Source of the DNA: Octopus bimaculoides
Taxonomy: Eukaryota
Direction: 5' to 3'
Assembly (NCBI RefSeq): GCF_001194135.2
Contig: NC_068988.1
Coordinates: forward strand, 64,794,655-64,858,654
Length of the DNA stretch: 64,000 bases
Below the pieces are notes generated by a model. The model saw only the letters and a program-made list of their open reading frames with translations, had not been told where the DNA came from and ran no database searches. Position numbers and translations under genes: made by a program. Below, one piece after another: positions 63,944-64,000 of the stretch. Positions within the stretch are counted from its first letter, which is position 1, and the number at the start of each line of letters is the position of its first letter.

Positions 63944-64000
<57 letters not shown>

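Overview
Eukaryotic, AT-rich, microsatellite-saturated draft-assembly sequence with 12 N-gaps. The repeat vocabulary (tRNA-headed SINEs, a Deu/Nin-domain SINE, RTE-type tails, (TA)n/(AAT)n/(GAT)n runs) suggests a cephalopod, most likely Octopus; this is an inference, not a database match. I can support no intact host protein-coding gene or exon. The long ORFs in the track come from microsatellites, minisatellites or N-gaps, so the window looks intronic or intergenic. Recognisable coding remnants are all transposon-derived: a DD41D (rosa-type) and a DD37D (maT-type) Tc1/mariner internal-deletion derivative, each with both TIRs; an RTE-like LINE 3' end with two C2H2 fingers; and a restriction-like-endonuclease (R4/Dong-like) LINE 3' end beside a (TAA)n run. 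Also present are a piggyBac-type MITE, a Helentron-type non-autonomous element and many SINE copies. The most notable observations are: (i) two minimal type-I hammerhead-ribozyme motifs at Penelope-like termini; (ii) a 28-bp near-perfect hairpin of pre-miRNA size at 61562-61626; (iii) a roughly 48-bp-period array with a conserved core, divergent spacers and TTC-N3/4-GAA palindromes; (iv) several fold-back or inverted repeat structures able to form long dsRNA; (v) tandem arrays that appear to be born from SINE modules; (vi) an unexplained duplicated, possibly once-coding segment. Coordinates of degraded repeats are approximate (about +/-10-20 bp). SINE family letters A-G are my own labels.
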